Origin: Ginkgo biloba
Lineage: Eukaryota > Plantae > Ginkgophyta
Reading direction: 5' to 3'
NCBI GenBank assembly: GCA_024626585.2
Contig: JANKJI020000004.1
Coordinates: 52,562,574 to 52,586,765, forward strand
Length of the DNA stretch: 24,192 nucleotides
Below the pieces are notes generated by a model, which was not told the origin of the DNA, did no database searches, and worked only from the letters and a program-made list of their open reading frames with translations. Both the position numbers and the translations under genes were made by a program. Positions 22,863-24,192 of this stretch are shown in pieces (position 1 is the stretch's first letter; each line of letters opens with the position of its first letter).

Positions 22863-24192
22863 TGTTAGTGGCTATTTTGTCTTAAGTCGGGAGCAACCTT
22901 AGCCAACATAGGACATAGTGAGTATAATAGGATGTTGAACAATGACTATCGGATGGCGCACAAACATCAAGGAACCACACAACAACCGTCTGACAAATTA
23001 TGGATGGAATTGTTCATTTAGTTTGCATTTGTTATCAGCGGTAGTCATTGAGGCTCAATACACCAACCATCACTAATGAATGTCCATAGCCTTGTACGAG
23101 GTTTCCCTACAACTATAAAGGGTCCCCCATCATTTTTCGTTGGCATGATCATCATTAAACATATTGTTCTAATCTTTGGATGATCCCTTGTATATTCTTC
23201 CCATGTATTAATGAGAACCTCTTGTTATTGCCAACTCCTGATATCTTATTGCTTTGTATGATTTATCCTTCAGTTCCACAATCTCAATATTGGTCTAGAT
23301 CGGTAACATGGGAATTTGTACTCAACATCCAACATCGTTGTGGATCTAGACTAATCATGGGAAACCACTCAACATCTGGCGACATTGTCGATCTAGACTA
23401 AACATGTGGTTTCTCAATCACAGGTGGTGAAAATAGCAATGATCTATATTAGTGGAGAATATGAATCCAAGAGTCCTAGTCAGGGCAAACAACGTATGAT
23501 GGACATCCCCGTCCCCCTAGATCAATAGTATGACGGATGACGAATTGACAAAAACCGATAATCACCCATGGTGGAACCAACACACTGACGATTACATTTT
23601 AACCAAAGAGGGGAATAACTAATAAACTGTGACAGAATTTGAAGCCAATTTCTTTAACAAAGAAGTGGAGTGATTTTTGGCCATGATTCCAACCTTGTTG
23701 GTTGAGCAGAGGCAAGAACTCAAAAGGCGAAAGAAAATTGTGCAAATGAAGCCCAAAGAAGCCGAGAGCAATTGCCAAAACAGTCTTAAGTGTATGGCTA
23801 ATGGTTGACAATCACTACAACAAGTTGATTACCCAACTTGTAGTGAATCTAGATTTGGAGAGAGGATGCAGATGTTATCCGAAGAATGTGACTTTTCTAC
23901 ATCAACACCATATAATCTTCATCCACTTCAATAATGTGGTAGTGCTCTCCCCAGACATCTTGGCGACAATCTTGGAAGCAAGCCATTGGTGAGAGCCCAA
24001 CAATGATGATACAAAGATGTTTTATTCCCTGTTTGACGGTTCGCACATATTGCTAGAGAGTTAGAGGATGAAAGTTGACAACAAGAAGAGCAAGTCGCCG
24101 AAGAGAAGCATGCCATCCAAAAAGAGGATGACATCCAAGAAGATTCAAACATCCAAGATGTTATGAGATGGAAAGGTAAGTCCCAAGAGGCG
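22863..24192 (+). mobile_element. 5' part of another LTR element (possibly Tat-like): LTR ~22863-23448, PBS-like site, decayed internal region
   Basis: RT similarity stops abruptly at TGTTAGTGGC. TATAAA at ~23114. Internal ~45-bp repeats containing ATCTAGACTAA. TTAGTGGAGAATATG at 23449-23463 resembles a tRNA-Ala PBS (TGGTGGAGA..). Confidence 0.5.

Overview
AT-rich, CpG-depleted, gap-riddled eukaryotic draft sequence with no intact host gene. It is a pile of old, nested plant transposon relics; the LTR termini and element types suggest a large-genome land plant such as a gymnosperm (inference only). From left to right: a decayed LINE ORF2 (-), an isolated LTR, a second LINE 3' end, a microsatellite, a possible non-autonomous Helitron, and a gag fragment cut by another LTR. 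Next is a plus-strand non-chromoviral Ty3/gypsy element (A) interrupted by a complete ~12.1 kb minus-strand relative (B, 8248-20390; two LTRs, ATCTC target-site duplication, tRNA-Glu-like PBS, 3' extra ORF, embedded Ty1/copia RT fragment). A probable Tat-like element then truncates the RT of A. The most notable observation is that B carries additional Gag/capsid-like motifs (FPLTLxG..WF..W..L..F) between protease and reverse transcriptase, and A shows the start of the same motif at the same position, an unusual domain order. The Gag also has four zinc knuckles. All alignments and translations were done by eye and coordinates of decayed domains are approximate.
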